A stretch of DNA of 64,000 nucleotides from an uncultured Verrucomicrobiae bacterium (GCA_963702845.1 OY969763.1:1216001-1280000), one strand, 5' to 3'. Positions 20,007-30,454 are shown, numbered from the stretch's first letter. Notes: a model not told the origin generated them from the sequence alone. Translations and numbers: made by a program.

Positions 20007-21362
20007 ATGAGTAAAGTTTCTTCGCCAGCGCCCGTGGCCAAAGAGCCAGCGCCCAAATCTGCCGAGCGTCGTCGTTCAATTCCGGACCGCGAGTCCGATG
20101 GCATTCGCATCCACATCTCGCGACGCGCCTATATTATTTTGTATACGCTCGTCCTTGCGCCTGCCCTCGTTGGTCTCGGCATTTTCGTCGGGCAACACAG
20201 GCGATCCGTCACGCCACCATCGCAAACGCAAACCCAATTACCAACCACCGGGCTGCAGCCAGCCCTTCCAACTACCCGCACCTATCTCAACTCAGGACCG
20301 TGGGGGACCGTCGAATACGTTCCGTTTGAACTCACCATTCCCGAAGAGTTTTTGTCCGTGCGAATGGATGAAAAGAGCGATCGCCGTTGGTTTTTCAAAG
20401 GCCAAACTGCCGACACGCTAAAAAACTTCTTCCAACAACAACCGCTCACCGACGCCCAACGCCAGCGGTTGCTCCAGGCTAAATGGGAACCTGCGCCTGA
20501 CGGCATCCGCGTCACGCCTCCAGTCGACGTCATTCTCTCGATGTCAACGGAAGCGCGGCAATCCGTTTATAACGTGCTGGCGCAGTTTGCTGAAAACTCC
20601 TGGCAACGCGAAGACGCCTACGCGATTCCCGCCCGCGAGTTTGAGCACTTCTTCGACAAGGTCGATGTGTCACCGGAAACCATCGCGATGGTTAAGCGCC
20701 TCTGCTATCCACGCGGACGTGTCATGATGTTTTCGGACGTCGCAACTGTCCTAGAAAAAATCTCATCACCGACGGAAAAGCTAAATCTCGAGAAAGCGCT
20801 ATCTCGACGTTGGACGATGCTCTTGAAACTGCACGTCGCTGCCGGCGCGGATGTGGATCGTTTGCTCAGTTATTGGGGTCGTGCAGGGCAGGGCAAGGAC
20901 CTTCGTCCATTGTTGCAAGCAATGAGTAAATTGCCGAACGGCACGATTATCGACGTCACCCATCTGCTGCCGACCATGCCAACCTCGCGCATCTATACGT
21001 ATCCATATCCGTCTTACACTCAACCCGAGAACTGCCACTGGACTTCCTTCAACTTTTTCCACGATCCGCCCGAAGGCAACTATACAAGTGCGGACTCACT
21101 CCACAAGAAGCTCGACTCTGATTACTACCCGGTCTTTTCTGACCCGCGTTACGGCGACCTGGTCTTCCTGACCAAACCGAACGGCGAGATCATTCATTCG
21201 GCGGTCTACATTGCCGATAACGTGGTCTATACGAAAAACGGTGGGCACTTTTCCGCGCCGTGGCTGCTGATGGAAATGTCGCGACTGCTCGATTGTTACG
21301 TGACGTTTGTGGGACCGGACGAACAGCTCAAGATACTGTACTACCGGAATAAATATTACTAG
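20007..21362 (+). CDS. Membrane-anchored hypothetical protein with a C-terminal papain/NlpC-P60-like Cys-His domain
   Basis: Single TM segment (~aa 42-61), Pro/Thr linker, then NCHW...GDLVFL...IHSAVY...YTKNG near the C-terminus. Confidence 0.6.
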   Translation: MSKVSSPAPVAKEPAPKSAERRRSIPDRESDGIRIHISRRAYIILYTLVLAPALVGLGIFVGQHRRSVTPPSQTQTQLPTTGLQPALPTTRTYLNSGPWGTVEYVPFELTIPEEFLSVRMDEKSDRRWFFKGQTADTLKNFFQQQPLTDAQRQRLLQAKWEPAPDGIRVTPPVDVILSMSTEARQSVYNVLAQFAENSWQREDAYAIPAREFEHFFDKVDVSPETIAMVKRLCYPRGRVMMFSDVATVLEKISSPTEKLNLEKALSRRWTMLLKLHVAAGADVDRLLSYWGRAGQGKDLRPLLQAMSKLPNGTIIDVTHLLPTMPTSRIYTYPYPSYTQPENCHWTSFNFFHDPPEGNYTSADSLHKKLDSDYYPVFSDPRYGDLVFLTKPNGEIIHSAVYIADNVVYTKNGGHFSAPWLLMEMSRLLDCYVTFVGPDEQLKILYYRNKYY

Positions 21363-21730
21363 ATTGATGATACCTTGCAGCGAGTTGCATGGCGTGCTTC
21401 TGTTCGACTTCACGCACGAAGTGATGCAGCGCCAGAAGCCGTTCCACCGACACGCGCAGATATAATCGGCGGGCGAGGAATCCTGAATTAGGCCGCACTT
21501 CGTCCCGATATACCCCAACTGCGTCGAGTAAATCCTCTTTGTCCTTCGTATCGGTGATCAACTCCATGAACGCCTCCGCGGCGAGGATCGCCGGTCCGCC
21601 ACCCAATTCAAGCAACCCCCAAAGCACCCGGGCGTGCGGATAGAGACATCGGTTCAAGGCCTCTCGTTGGAAATTATCTGGTCTACACCCGAAACAATCC
21701 ACGAAGGCCTCTCTGAACGGCAAAGGCATG
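21328..21730 (-). CDS. Hypothetical protein
   Basis: Open frame in track 21328..21765 with probable start MPLPFREAF; fills the gap downstream of eboE. Confidence 0.55.
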
Positions 21731-21792
21731 ATAGTACCCGTACGCCTTTTGACTAAGTCTGTCAACTGTTTCCCACTGACCCGATTTGCGAT

Positions 21793-22944
21793 TTAAGCCA
21801 GCGAGCGTTCGCGGAGCCGAGCGAGTGTCCATTCATACTCCGACGCCAACTGATCCACGACATCGCGACTCTTCACCTCCGGCGGCATGACTTCCCAGGT
21901 GTAAGTTTCCATTTCAAGATGTGAACAAAGCGCCGGATTGCCGCCCAAAATATCCAGAACGCCGATCAAATGATCCGTTGTGTTGTCCAACAGGCTGGTC
22001 GGTTGCCAATGGAGCGGAACGTGAAAATGCACGCGCCACTCATCGACGGCGTCGGTGTTCAGCGCGTCCGGCAGATCTCGATAGCGCGTCAACTTGCCGT
22101 CGTGACCGCGCGCGACGACCTGATGCAAATAAGTGCTTTCCGCAAACGCCGACAATGCCTCACGCCCTTCTGGCGAGTCTTTGATCTTCAGCGCCGAACT
22201 AAGATGCAGTTTGCTGATGCGGATATTGTGCTTCTGTAACTCAGCAATCGCAGTGGCCGGTTCCTCAAATTCGACCGCAATGTGACACGTGTCGTAATTA
22301 ACCCCGAGATGCTCATCGATGCGATGATCGTGGTTATGCTCGGCGCGCAACCGTTCGAAAAACATCGCCGTTTCGTGTGTTGTTTCGAACAGACAAAGTG
22401 GTTCAGGTTCAAGCGCCAGGTGCATGCGACGTCCAGTTTGTGCGCTAACGCGGGCTGCGTGTTCAACGGAGCGGAAGACATTTGCACGAATGACGCGCAA
22501 TTGTTCCGTGCTCTTAACAAATTCTTTGAATGACCCCGGCACCGTGCTGACGGAACCTTCAATGTGCGCCGGAACGAGTTGGGCCAGGATGTCGAAAAGT
22601 AAATTCGTGAAATCAACCCGTTCCTGCGAAGTCCAATCGGGCAAGTAGACCTGTTCCTTCACACGTTTGCCGTGGAAGCGGCCAAAAGGAAATCCGTTGA
22701 TCGTGAAAACGTAACAGCCGTTTTTGTCGAGCCACCGACGGAAGGCCGTGATCTGGTCAGGTTTACTGAGTTCATAAGCAGCCTGTGCGCTCAAGCGAAG
22801 ACCGATGGCGTAAGGCTTGGTCGGCGAGACGCGCTGCTTCACAGCCAGCGTGTATTTCTCAAGTGAAGCAAGGGTTTCAGCCCACGTCTCGCCGCGATGC
22901 ACGTTCGTGCAGTAGGCGAGATGCAAGTTGTCCTTCAGTTGCAT
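21793..22944 (-). CDS. eboE: Metabolite traffic protein EboE (xylose-isomerase-like TIM barrel)
   Basis: HLAYCTNVHRGE, FTINGFPFGRFH..RVKEQVYLPDW, LEPEP, YDTCH.AVEFE, EWRVHFHVP and HLEMETYTW. Confidence 0.9.
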   Translation of the reverse strand: MQLKDNLHLAYCTNVHRGETWAETLASLEKYTLAVKQRVSPTKPYAIGLRLSAQAAYELSKPDQITAFRRWLDKNGCYVFTINGFPFGRFHGKRVKEQVYLPDWTSQERVDFTNLLFDILAQLVPAHIEGSVSTVPGSFKEFVKSTEQLRVIRANVFRSVEHAARVSAQTGRRMHLALEPEPLCLFETTHETAMFFERLRAEHNHDHRIDEHLGVNYDTCHIAVEFEEPATAIAELQKHNIRISKLHLSSALKIKDSPEGREALSAFAESTYLHQVVARGHDGKLTRYRDLPDALNTDAVDEWRVHFHVPLHWQPTSLLDNTTDHLIGVLDILGGNPALCSHLEMETYTWEVMPPEVKSRDVVDQLASEYEWTLARLRERSLA

Positions 22945-22947
22945 GCG

Positions 22948-23751
22948 TTAGCTCAACTTGAACTTTGGGCTTTGCGACATGAACTTCAGCGGGTTTTGGT
23001 AGATCATCTTATCGATGTCTTCGGCTGTATGGCCGCGCTTTTTCATTTCGAGAGCGGTTCGTGGGACAGCAAGCGGGACGCTGACACCCCAATCACAAGC
23101 GCTGTTCATCCAGAGACGTTCGCCGCCGTAAATATTAATCATGTCAATTGCGCGGGCGGAAGTGCATTTCGAGTCAGGATACAAAGTCATGCCGCCCCAG
23201 AAACCCGAATCGAGCACGAGCTTGATTGTGTGTTCTTCCACGTGATCAATAATGACGCGCTCAGGTTTGATGCGTTTGTCATTTTTCAATGCATCGACGA
23301 TCAGGCGCGTGCCCTTGAGCTTATCCTCAAGGTGCGGAGTGTGGATAAGAATCAATTGATCGTGCTTGGCCGCGAGATCGACGTGCTTTTCAAAAACGCG
23401 CAGTTCGTTTCGGCTGTTTTTGTTCAGGCCGATTTCGCCGATTCCCAGAACCGTCGGCTTATCCAAAAACTTCGGTATAATGTCGACCACTTCTTCCGCG
23501 AGCTTCGTGTCCTCCGATTCCTTCGGATTAATGCACAGCCAGGTGTAATGGGGCAGCCCAAATTTCGCCGCCCGCGCGGGTTCGTGTTCGGTGAGTTGGC
23601 AAAAGTAATCGTAGAATCCATCGACCGAGCTGCGGTCGAAGCCGGCCCAAAATGCAGGTTCGCAAACAGCCTGGCAACCCGCCATCGCCATTGCCATGTA
23701 GTCGTCCGTCGTGCGGCTGACCATGTGCCCATGTGGTTCGATGTAGCGCAT
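22948..23751 (-). CDS. eboB: TatD-family hydrolase (EboB-type)
   Basis: [38 protein letters not shown] and SACDWGVS; adjacent to eboE. Confidence 0.85.
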   Translation of the reverse strand: MRYIEPHGHMVSRTTDDYMAMAMAGCQAVCEPAFWAGFDRSSVDGFYDYFCQLTEHEPARAAKFGLPHYTWLCINPKESEDTKLAEEVVDIIPKFLDKPTVLGIGEIGLNKNSRNELRVFEKHVDLAAKHDQLILIHTPHLEDKLKGTRLIVDALKNDKRIKPERVIIDHVEEHTIKLVLDSGFWGGMTLYPDSKCTSARAIDMINIYGGERLWMNSACDWGVSVPLAVPRTALEMKKRGHTAEDIDKMIYQNPLKFMSQSPKFKLS

Positions 23752-23752
23752 A

Positions 23753-24013
23753 CTATTTTCGGTATGCTCCGGTGGCGCCTTTGACGGTTGCTTTGGCGAG
23801 CGGTTCAGTCGTCGGATCACTCAGACTCAGCAAAACTTTCTCGGCGCGATTTGGCCCTTCGCCCTGCAATTCGTGCAACGCTTTGATGAAGGCGCGCAAG
23901 CGGAAGTCAGGCTCGCCTTGCGCGCGGTCGAGGCGATCGAGGAAGGCCGCAAGATCAATGAGCTTGGCGCGCGCTTCCATGAAATAAACATCGAGGACTT
24001 GTTGCCGAGTCAT
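23753..24013 (-). CDS. Small conserved hypothetical protein (ebo-associated)
   Basis: 86 aa, [24 protein letters not shown]...LSDPT; 1-bp gap to the TatD gene start. Confidence 0.7.
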   Translation of the reverse strand: MTRQQVLDVYFMEARAKLIDLAAFLDRLDRAQGEPDFRLRAFIKALHELQGEGPNRAEKVLLSLSDPTTEPLAKATVKGATGAYRK

Positions 24014-24041
24014 AACAATTTAGTGCGGTAAGGCAATAGTT

Positions 24042-24106
24042 AGGTAGGGCGAGGCTCCCGCCGAGCCTTTTGCTACCCGTGGCTCGGCAGGAGCCTCGCC
24101 TTACCT
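24042..24106. repeat. GTAG-type REP inverted pair
   Basis: AGGTAGGGCGAGGCTCCCGCCGAGCC-13 nt-GGCTCGGCAGGAGCCTCGCCTTACCT; 24/26 complementary. Confidence 0.8.
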
Positions 24107-24120
24107 GGTTAGACGAACAA

Positions 24121-25914
24121 TTACGCCAGAACTTCAGCCGATTTTTGTTCTGGTTCAACCCACTTGCCGTGTTCGCGAATCAAATCAACAAGACGATCCA
24201 CAGCTTCCGCTTCAGGAATATTAAATTTCACCGCCGATTTGCCGACGTAAAGATTGATCTTATTCGGCGCGCCGCCGACATAGCCGAAATCCGCATCCGC
24301 CATTTCGCCTGGACCGTTCACGATACAGCCCATGATCGCGATCTTCACGCCCTTCAAATGTTGCGTCCGTTCTTTGATTCGCGCGGTGACGGTTTGCAGA
24401 TTGAACAACGTGCGGCCGCAACTTGGACACGCCACGTAATCGGTTTTAAAACTGCGGCATCCGGCCGCTTGTAAAATATTAAACGCAAGACGAAGACTTT
24501 GTCCGCCGCCAGATTCACCACGCACCAGAATCGCATCTCCAATGCCATCCGCCAGCAAAGCGCCGATCACAACTGAGGCACGGAGCAGGGCGATCTTCGG
24601 TTCAAGCGGGACCGGTTCAAAATTGATGCAGTCCTTAAGCAGGATCGGATTGTTGCGACCCAAACGCCGCAACTTCGCCGCGAGCATGCGAAATGCGCTG
24701 ATCGGCGCCAATGGCACGCCATCTTTAACTGTGACCAACTGAGTCTCGCAGTTGATTTCAAAATCGTGCGTCGGATCAACTTCGAAAATATTCAGGTCTT
24801 CGTAAATCGCTTCGGGCCGCACGTCGTCTTTTGGGCGAATCTTCGGCGCAACCTTTTCCCAGGTCGCCCGAGTGACAACAACGCGTTGAGTTTGTTCGCC
24901 ACCGCACTTCACGTTATCCGCCAATTGGATTTCAGGCGTTTCCCGACGCGAAAATGTGAATGGGTCAAATGGCCATTCTTTGACCGGCAGATTCGTTGCA
25001 TCCGCCTTTTTCGTCAGCAACGGTAGTTGCGCGAGCAGATCGGTGCACACTGCGATTTCGTGCGGCGAATCTTCCGTCAACGAAACGCGAATCGTATCGC
25101 CCAACCCGTCGCAGAGCAGGGAACCAATACCAATCGCACTCTTGATGCGACCATCCTCGCCTTCACCAGCTTCAGTGACGCCAAGGTGAATTGGGTAATT
25201 CCAATCTGGACCGAGTTCATCGAGCCGCGCAACCAGCAGGCGATAACATTCAATCATCACCTTTGGGTTCGACGACTTCATCGAGAACTTGAAATTGTGA
25301 TAGTCAAGATCGCGGGCAATGCGGGCAAACTCCAAAGCGCTCTCCACCATGCCGAGCGGAGTGTCGCCGTAACGGTTCATGATCCGGTCGCTCAACGAAC
25401 CGTGATTCGTCCCAATGCGCATGGCGCGGCCGAGTTGTTTGCAAAGCTCGACCAGCGGCGTGAACTGCTCTTCGATGCGCTGAAGCTCCGCGTCATATTC
25501 GTTGTCGCTGTATTCGCGGACCGCAAATTTCTTCTTGTCCGCGTAATTCCCCGGATTGATCCGTACCATCTCGACCCATTTCGCCGCTTCCATCGCCGCG
25601 TCGGGTTTAAAGTGAATATCAGCAACAATCGGGACATTGCATCCGCGCGAACGCAATTCCTCGACGATGTTCTTAAGATTAGCCGCGTCCTTTACCGTCG
25701 GTGCAGTGATGCGAACGATTTGGCAACCGACAGCAACTAATTCCAGCGTTTGCTTAACCGAAAGCGCCGTATCCATCGTGTCGCAAGTGAGCATCGATTG
25801 CTTCACGACAGCGTGGTCGCCACCAATGATCACGCCGCCATTTTTCGGATCACCAACAACGACTTCGCGAGTTTTGCGACGGCTATAAAGGTAAGGCGAA
25901 CGGCAGTATTGCAT
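24121..25914 (-). CDS. ispG: (E)-4-hydroxy-3-methylbut-2-enyl-diphosphate synthase (long form)
   Basis: QSM, VADIHF, RINPGN, RIGTNHGSL, HLGVTEAG, GDTIRVSLT, CPSCGRT and AIMGCIVNGPGE. Confidence 0.97.
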   Translation of the reverse strand: MQYCRSPYLYSRRKTREVVVGDPKNGGVIIGGDHAVVKQSMLTCDTMDTALSVKQTLELVAVGCQIVRITAPTVKDAANLKNIVEELRSRGCNVPIVADIHFKPDAAMEAAKWVEMVRINPGNYADKKKFAVREYSDNEYDAELQRIEEQFTPLVELCKQLGRAMRIGTNHGSLSDRIMNRYGDTPLGMVESALEFARIARDLDYHNFKFSMKSSNPKVMIECYRLLVARLDELGPDWNYPIHLGVTEAGEGEDGRIKSAIGIGSLLCDGLGDTIRVSLTEDSPHEIAVCTDLLAQLPLLTKKADATNLPVKEWPFDPFTFSRRETPEIQLADNVKCGGEQTQRVVVTRATWEKVAPKIRPKDDVRPEAIYEDLNIFEVDPTHDFEINCETQLVTVKDGVPLAPISAFRMLAAKLRRLGRNNPILLKDCINFEPVPLEPKIALLRASVVIGALLADGIGDAILVRGESGGGQSLRLAFNILQAAGCRSFKTDYVACPSCGRTLFNLQTVTARIKERTQHLKGVKIAIMGCIVNGPGEMADADFGYVGGAPNKINLYVGKSAVKFNIPEAEAVDRLVDLIREHGKWVEPEQKSAEVLA

Positions 25915-25922
25915 TGAGTGTC

Positions 25923-27329
25923 TTAGTGTGCCGGAGCGGCTTTAGGCTGTTGTTGCGTCGGTTCAGGTTGTGCCTGTTGTTCGATTTTGGTCCCGTGATG
26001 GAACATCGAACGGAAGATCGGCATCCGTCTGGTAACGTCGTTAAACGACACGAACAGCATGAACGAAATAAGCAGCACAGCGAACGCCGTCGTGGTGTAT
26101 TCGACAAACCGCACGCTCAACGGCCTGCGACGAATCTTCTCAATGATCGACATCAAAATATGGCCGCCATCGAGCACGGGAATCGGCAGCATATTCAGGA
26201 TCGCGAGGTTGATGTTCAACAACACGAGGAAGCTCATCGCCAGACGGAAGTCCGTGTTCACTTCGTGCGCCAGCATCATCAAAATTCCCGGCGGGCCTGA
26301 CAAATCTTTCACCCCAATGCCGGTTTCTTTCGAGTGGAACAAAGCGCTGAATGTATCAATGGTGCGTTGCCATACACGGTTGATTTGTTCAATCGGCGTC
26401 GGACCCGGTCGTTTCAAAACGTAAACGAGATTTTCTCCCCAAAGAATACCAATGTGGCCTTCTTTGCTGCCGGGTTGTGCCGTTGGCGTGACTGTCAACT
26501 TCAATAGCTTGCCGTCACGCTTGATCAGCGTCTCAGTCGGTTGACCGGTGCGCTTGTGGATCATCTCCGCCAACAACACGTGGTTAACCGCTGGGATGCC
26601 CTGCATTGAAATAAATTCATCGCCCTCCTTGAAACCGGCCTTCGCCGCAGGGCCATCGGCTTCCATGATTTTGCCCACGGTAGGATGTTGCTTGGGATCG
26701 AGGTTTAGGAATTTACCACCAATCTCGCTGGATTGCGCCGTCAGTTGATATGTGTTCGTTTTGCCTTCACGAGTGACAGTGACCGGCAGAACGTTGGTGC
26801 GCGCCAGGATCGTGATTTCGCGGATTTGTTCCCATGTGCTGACTGGTTTGCTATCGACGCTCACGATTCGGTCGCCTTCTTGAATGCCGAGCTTAGCCTC
26901 TGCAGAACCCGATTCAACGTAGCCAATCACCGAGGGATTCACTGGTTCGGGCAATCCAACGAAATAAATAATCCCAGCCACAGCGAACGCGAAAATGACA
27001 TTCATGACCGGCCCCGCAATCGCGACCAGAATCTTCGAAAACGGCGCAGCGGGAGGAATGTGCGCATCAGCAGAACCTTCCAATTGCTGCGACGTAATCA
27101 TCTGCGGCAGCTTCACGAAACCGCCGGCGGGAATCCAACGCACCGAGTATTCGATCCCGTCGCGCACCCACGAAAAAATCTTCGGCCCGAAACCGATCGC
27201 GAACCCTTCCACCTTCAGGCCGCGTTTGCGCGCGACCCAGAAGTGACCGAACTCGTGGACGAAAATAGACGCACCGAAGAGCAGCAAAACGACAATGCTG
27301 ACGTATAGAATATTCAGTATTTGGCTCAC
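25923..27329 (-). CDS. rseP: RIP metalloprotease RseP (M50, PDZ domains)
   Basis: HEFGH, GFGP, AGPVMN, two PDZ-like repeats and NMLPIPVLDGG. Confidence 0.93.
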   Translation of the reverse strand: MSQILNILYVSIVVLLLFGASIFVHEFGHFWVARKRGLKVEGFAIGFGPKIFSWVRDGIEYSVRWIPAGGFVKLPQMITSQQLEGSADAHIPPAAPFSKILVAIAGPVMNVIFAFAVAGIIYFVGLPEPVNPSVIGYVESGSAEAKLGIQEGDRIVSVDSKPVSTWEQIREITILARTNVLPVTVTREGKTNTYQLTAQSSEIGGKFLNLDPKQHPTVGKIMEADGPAAKAGFKEGDEFISMQGIPAVNHVLLAEMIHKRTGQPTETLIKRDGKLLKLTVTPTAQPGSKEGHIGILWGENLVYVLKRPGPTPIEQINRVWQRTIDTFSALFHSKETGIGVKDLSGPPGILMMLAHEVNTDFRLAMSFLVLLNINLAILNMLPIPVLDGGHILMSIIEKIRRRPLSVRFVEYTTTAFAVLLISFMLFVSFNDVTRRMPIFRSMFHHGTKIEQQAQPEPTQQQPKAAPAH

Positions 27330-27431
27330 AATATGGTAATACCTGGCGCGAAGAATCTAGCTGGGGAAACCCCCGCTGGCAACTTCGGTTTCACTCCCAT
27401 GATAGCCTAAAGCGGGCCAATGTCGAAACTG

Positions 27432-28469
27432 TTACCACTCAATGACTGCCGCGCCCCATGTCAGGCCAGCCCCAAAAACCACCAACAGCACCAAATCACC
27501 GCGCTGAATCCTGCCACCCTGGACCGCTTCATCCAACGCAATCGCCACCGAAGCAGCCGAAGTGTTGCCGTATTTATCCAAATTCACGAACCGCTGCTCC
27601 GGCGTCGCGCCGAGGCGATCACAGACAGCGTCAATGATGCGCAAGTTGGCTTGATGCGGAATGATGAGTTTAATCTGCGTAACATCCACTTCGCACCGCC
27701 GCAAGGCTTCCTGCGCCGCGGTCAGCATGGCATTGACCGCGTTCTTGAACGTCTCTTTGCCATCCATGCGCAAATAATGATGACCCGCTGCCAAAGATTC
27801 CGCCGTTGGAGGCATGCGACTGCCGCCTCCGGGCATGCAAAGCAAATCAGCTTTATTGCCGTCCGAACCCATGCACGCCGTCAGCAAGCCGTGCGATCCA
27901 GGACGGTTTTGCAAAATAGCCGCTCCCGCGCCATCGCCGAAAAGCACGCACGTGTTGCGATCTTTCCAATTAATAATGGACGAAAGTTTTTCCGCGCCGA
28001 TCACTAACACCGTGTCGTACGTGCGCGACATGATGAATTGTTGCGCAATTTCGAGAGCAAAAATAAAACCTGAACACGCCGCTTCAATGTCGAAAGCCGC
28101 CGCGCGATACGCACCGATTTTCTGCTGAACCAGACACGCCGTGGAAGGGAAGGGCATGTCGGGCGTAATCGTCGCCACGATAATCAGGTCAAGCTGCGAT
28201 GCTTCCAACTCGGCGCGTTGCAAAGCCAGCGTCGCGGCCTTAGCGGCCATGTCGGAAGTAAATTCGTTGGCAGCGGCAATCCGGCGTTCTTTGATGCCGG
28301 TGCGGGTTGTGATCCAGTCGTCGGTCGTATCGACCAACTTCTCGAGCTCCGCGTTGGTCAGAATGCGTTCCGGGACGTATGCGCCAACCGAGGCAATCGA
28401 GCAGGTGCGCCCTTTGAAGCCGTGCTCGGCTCGAGGATTCTTAAAGTTACGTTCGGGCAGATTTGTCAT
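27432..28469 (-). CDS. fabH: 3-oxoacyl-ACP synthase III
   Basis: AACSGF, DRNTCVLFGDGAGA, PHQANLRI and GNTSAAS. Confidence 0.97.
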   Translation of the reverse strand: MTNLPERNFKNPRAEHGFKGRTCSIASVGAYVPERILTNAELEKLVDTTDDWITTRTGIKERRIAAANEFTSDMAAKAATLALQRAELEASQLDLIIVATITPDMPFPSTACLVQQKIGAYRAAAFDIEAACSGFIFALEIAQQFIMSRTYDTVLVIGAEKLSSIINWKDRNTCVLFGDGAGAAILQNRPGSHGLLTACMGSDGNKADLLCMPGGGSRMPPTAESLAAGHHYLRMDGKETFKNAVNAMLTAAQEALRRCEVDVTQIKLIIPHQANLRIIDAVCDRLGATPEQRFVNLDKYGNTSAASVAIALDEAVQGGRIQRGDLVLLVVFGAGLTWGAAVIEW

Positions 28470-28474
28470 GCCAC

Positions 28475-29494
28475 CTAGGCCTTTGGTTCGATCCGCGCGT
28501 TTACCGCCGCGATTTCTTCACGAATGCTTTGCGTAATTTGATGGGCGACGGCATTGCCGGTCACCCGGATTGCGTTGCTCATTGCTTTAGCTTTCGCAGA
28601 ACCGTGTACTTTCATAACAGTTCCGTTCAAACCTAGCAAGGGCGCACCACCGGGCCCGTCAGGGTCCATCCGGCGCTTAATTGTGCGCAATGCGTTCGCG
28701 GCCAGCATTGCGCCCAGCATGCGTTTAGGATTCTTCGAAAGCTCATCTTTCAGCCACCCAACCAAACCGCGCGCAAAGCTTTCGATCGTCTTGAGCACAA
28801 TATTACCGATAAACCCATCGCAAACCACCACGTCCACCCGATTATGGAAGAGATCGTGCCCTTCCACATTGCCGATAAAATTGAAGTTCGCCATTTGGCA
28901 AAGCTTGTAGGTTTCCAGCGTTAATTCAGTGCCCTTGTTCGATTCGGTGCCGTTGCACAGGATACCGACGCGCGGGTTTTTGTAACCGAGAACCTGTTGT
29001 GAATAAATCTTACCCATCACCGCGAAGTGGAGCAGGTGATACGGCTTGCACTCCACGCTCGCGCCGGAGTCGATCAAGACAAACTCATTCGCGGGAGCAG
29101 GAATTACTGTCGCAATGGCGGGTCGGTCGATCCCGGCAATCGGACGAAGCCGAATGGTCGAGGCGGCGACGATTCCGCCGGTGTTGCCGGTTGAAATGAT
29201 AGCGTCGGCTCGGCCTTCTTTGACCAGGTCAACTGCGCGAAGGATGGAACAATCTTTCTTACGACGCAGACCTTCGACCGGTTTGTCATCCATGGTCAGC
29301 ACTTCGCTGGCGTGGACGATCTGGATGCGACGATCGCGACAGCCGGTGTTTTTCATCGCGGCATGGATTTCGTCCTGGTGGCCAACGAGGAAAAGCTCGC
29401 TGATTTTGGAGTTATCCTCCAAAGCAAGCCGAACTCCATCGATCAAAACCTCCGGTCCGTGGTCGCCCCCCATGACATCCACTACAATTCGCAT
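28475..29494 (-). CDS. plsX: Phosphate acyltransferase PlsX
   Basis: DVMGGDHGP, STGNTG, DRPAIA, GNVEG, VCDGFIGN..LKT.E and GGAPLLG. Confidence 0.96.
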   Translation of the reverse strand: MRIVVDVMGGDHGPEVLIDGVRLALEDNSKISELFLVGHQDEIHAAMKNTGCRDRRIQIVHASEVLTMDDKPVEGLRRKKDCSILRAVDLVKEGRADAIISTGNTGGIVAASTIRLRPIAGIDRPAIATVIPAPANEFVLIDSGASVECKPYHLLHFAVMGKIYSQQVLGYKNPRVGILCNGTESNKGTELTLETYKLCQMANFNFIGNVEGHDLFHNRVDVVVCDGFIGNIVLKTIESFARGLVGWLKDELSKNPKRMLGAMLAANALRTIKRRMDPDGPGGAPLLGLNGTVMKVHGSAKAKAMSNAIRVTGNAVAHQITQSIREEIAAVNARIEPKA

Positions 29495-29547
29495 ACTGTT
29501 CTTCTAACAGAGTCGCCTGCGTGCGCAAGCGACTTAAAAGCTTCTAA

Positions 29548-29625
29548 TAGAGCCGCGCGCGTGAGCGAGCGGTTTACCTTCTCCATCCGCTATATCCCAA
29601 CCACTGCCTAACGTGCGCGGCTCTG
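29548..29625. repeat. REP-like inverted pair (AGAGCCGCGC family)
   Basis: TAGAGCCGCGCGCGTGAGCGAGCGG ... CCACTGCCTAACGTGCGCGGCTCTG; a related copy lies at 56850-56928. Confidence 0.65.
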
Positions 29626-29632
29626 TTTGCAC

Positions 29633-29672
29633 AAATAAAAAGAGCGCAGGAAAGTTACGACTCTCCGCGCTC
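29633..29672 (-). terminator. Intrinsic terminator after rpmF
   Basis: Minus strand GAGCGC-GGAGAGT-CGTA-ACTTTCC-T-GCGCTC followed by TTTTTATTT. Confidence 0.7.
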
Positions 29673-29698
29673 CCGGCAAATCAAAATTTATTCGATGA

Positions 29699-29887
29699 TC
29701 AAGCCGCCGCTTCGACGGTGATCACTTGCCGGCCCTTGTAGTAGCCACAGGACGGACAAACCCGATGAGGGATGGCCGGAGCGGCACACTGCGAGCAGGT
29801 GCCCAATTGGGGCAGGACCAGGTTGCTGTTATAAGCACGGCGCATACGTTGGCGGCTGTGCGACGGTTTACGTTTTGGGACTCCCAT
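29699..29887 (-). CDS. rpmF: 50S ribosomal protein L32
   Basis: MGVPKRKPSHSRQRMRRA...CSQC...HRVCPSCGYYKGR. Confidence 0.97.
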   Translation of the reverse strand: MGVPKRKPSHSRQRMRRAYNSNLVLPQLGTCSQCAAPAIPHRVCPSCGYYKGRQVITVEAAA

Positions 29888-29899
29888 AAATTTTCGTGT

Positions 29900-30361
29900 C
29901 TAAAGTTTTAACTTATTCAATTCTGACCATGCCGACGAACCTTGCGTCTGGCCCTTTTCGGACGTCGCCGGCAATCCGGCGCACTCTTCGCTACACAACG
30001 GGTGTTGCGGAAAGTTGAGGAGAATATCTTCACGAAGGTAAGGCGTCAAGTCCACCATATCATTTTCTACCGGGGCCGGTTCTTCGCCCTGAAGCGGTAT
30101 TAAAGCCGCCCAATCTTCAAGCAGGACCTTGGTTTTGAAAGGTTTAAGGCACCTGGAACACTCGCATTGAATCGGAAGCTCCAGCCGGCCTTGTGCCAGA
30201 ATGTCGCTACCGTTCTTCTGGAGATTGATGTCGTACTGCAACGGTTTACGCGCCTGAACGAGCGGATCCTGGATTTCTATATCCAGTTCCTCGGGCGAGA
30301 GTTCCCCTTCGAGATGAACATCATTCTCGTCCAAATGCCGAATATTAAATTGTACCGCCAT
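29900..30361 (-). CDS. yceD: DUF177/YceD family protein
   Basis: CSRCL, DL..YLREDILLNFP..PLCSEECAGL and W..L..L; directly upstream of rpmF. Confidence 0.9.
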   Translation of the reverse strand: MAVQFNIRHLDENDVHLEGELSPEELDIEIQDPLVQARKPLQYDINLQKNGSDILAQGRLELPIQCECSRCLKPFKTKVLLEDWAALIPLQGEEPAPVENDMVDLTPYLREDILLNFPQHPLCSEECAGLPATSEKGQTQGSSAWSELNKLKL

Positions 30362-30372
30362 ATAATATTATT

Positions 30373-30454
30373 GTAGCAGCCGACGTCAGGATGCTCTCGA
30401 TTAATTTACCTCCAACTTGAAAAAACGTTAGAGTCTCCTGACATCGGCTGCCCC
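30373..30454. repeat. GTAG-type REP inverted pair
   Basis: GTAGCAGCCGACGTCAGGATGCTC ... GAGTCTCCTGACATCGGCTGCCCC. Confidence 0.7.

Noticed and set aside
22897..23784. Long antisense ORFs (295 aa here; also 46586..47587 and 25027..25740)
   Set aside because: Shadow frames opposite well-supported genes, expected from codon bias in GC-rich DNA.
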